From assembly GCA_964590345.1 (NCBI GenBank), contig CAZPVP010000005.1:1-42576 (forward strand): DNA of 42,576 nucleotides, in the 5' to 3' direction. Shown here one piece after another: positions 42,527 through 42,576 of this stretch. The position numbers and the translations under genes are program-made. How positions within the stretch are numbered: position 1 is the stretch's first letter; every line of letters begins with the position of its first letter. The notes under the pieces were generated by a model that was not told the DNA's origin, ran no database searches, and saw only the letters and a list, made by a program, of their open reading frames with translations. Source of the stretch: an uncultured Gammaproteobacteria bacterium. GTDB lineage: Bacteria > Patescibacteriota > Patescibacteriia > CAIXNZ01.

Positions 42527-42576
42527 TGTCAACGGGAAGTTAAAATGTCCTATTCTCAGGGAAGTTAAAATGTCCT
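42527..42576. repeat. Right copy of the 50-bp terminal inverted repeat (TGTCAACGGGAAGTTAAAATGTCCTATTCTCAGGGAAGTTAAAATGTCCT)
   Basis: Exact reverse complement of 6-55. It runs to the last base of the window. Confidence 0.95.

Noticed and set aside
1-42576. Alternative genetic code (UGA recoding, as in some CPR lineages).
   Set aside because: TGA terminates conserved proteins at their expected lengths, for example the NifX-like gene at 30946, the MinD-ferredoxin gene at 33886 and the NDT-like gene at 21829. There are no in-frame TGA interruptions in long conserved genes such as gyrA, cas12a and rpsA.
1-42576. Whole window as a phage, linear plasmid or Borg-like element, because of the terminal inverted repeats and tandem repeats.
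   Set aside because: No capsid, terminase, portal, replication-initiator or partition genes are visible. The content is dominated by single-copy bacterial housekeeping genes (gyrA, rpsA, rpmF, rnc, nusB, tRNAs). Flanking inverted copies of a repeat element explain the ends more simply.

Overview
This is an AT-rich bacterial chromosomal segment that uses the standard genetic code: TGA terminates well-conserved proteins at their expected lengths. Gene content suggests an uncultivated CPR/Patescibacteria-like host, but that is inference. Supporting signs are Lys-rich tails on housekeeping proteins, a CarS-like lipid gene, four-helix-bundle (IVS-type) genes and many small ORFs.

Main content, left to right:
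1. Terminal repeats. A perfect 50-bp inverted repeat sits at both window edges (6-55 and 42527-42576). Each copy is built from tandem 21-nt units.
2. Left-end accessory block (56-4450). It holds a G+C-richer, ORF-poor, hairpin-dense transcription unit, an HTH-Panacea(DUF4065)/RelE-like toxin-antitoxin pair, a small Cys/His protein and a 501-aa Gly/Ala-rich orphan protein.
3. CRISPR-Cas. A complete type V-A locus lies on the minus strand. Its order is promoter, 52-codon ORF, cas12a, cas4-cas1-cas2, leader, then an array of 47 identical 36-bp repeats with 46 spacers.
4. Envelope, stress and lipid genes: VanW, DUF3006, Hsp20, TrmB, a methyltransferase, a CDP-alcohol phosphatidyltransferase and a CarS-like gene.
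5. tRNAs. tRNA-Arg(TCG) directly abuts tRNA-Lys(CTT). A GIY-YIG gene follows, bracketed by a 47-bp duplication of the tRNA-Lys 3' part.
6. A nucleotide-housekeeping quartet: CYTH, deoxyribosyltransferase-like, Nudix, CYTH.
7. Core genes: rnc, nusB, rpmF, gyrA, rpsA, a beta-CASP RNase and a KH protein.
8. A 6.9-kb plus-strand island of uncharacterised metal/Fe-S-type genes. It contains DUF5320, a Zn-ribbon peptide, two NifX-like proteins, two MinD-ferredoxin ATPases, ZIP, a CDF-NifX fusion, DUF134, a thioredoxin and a Trx-DsbD-like membrane protein.

Two features run across the window. Heptamer-periodic (7-nt phased) tracts fill many intergenic regions. Recurrent TTGACA-N14-TGnTAnnnT promoters occur throughout, and several of them drive units with no annotated gene.
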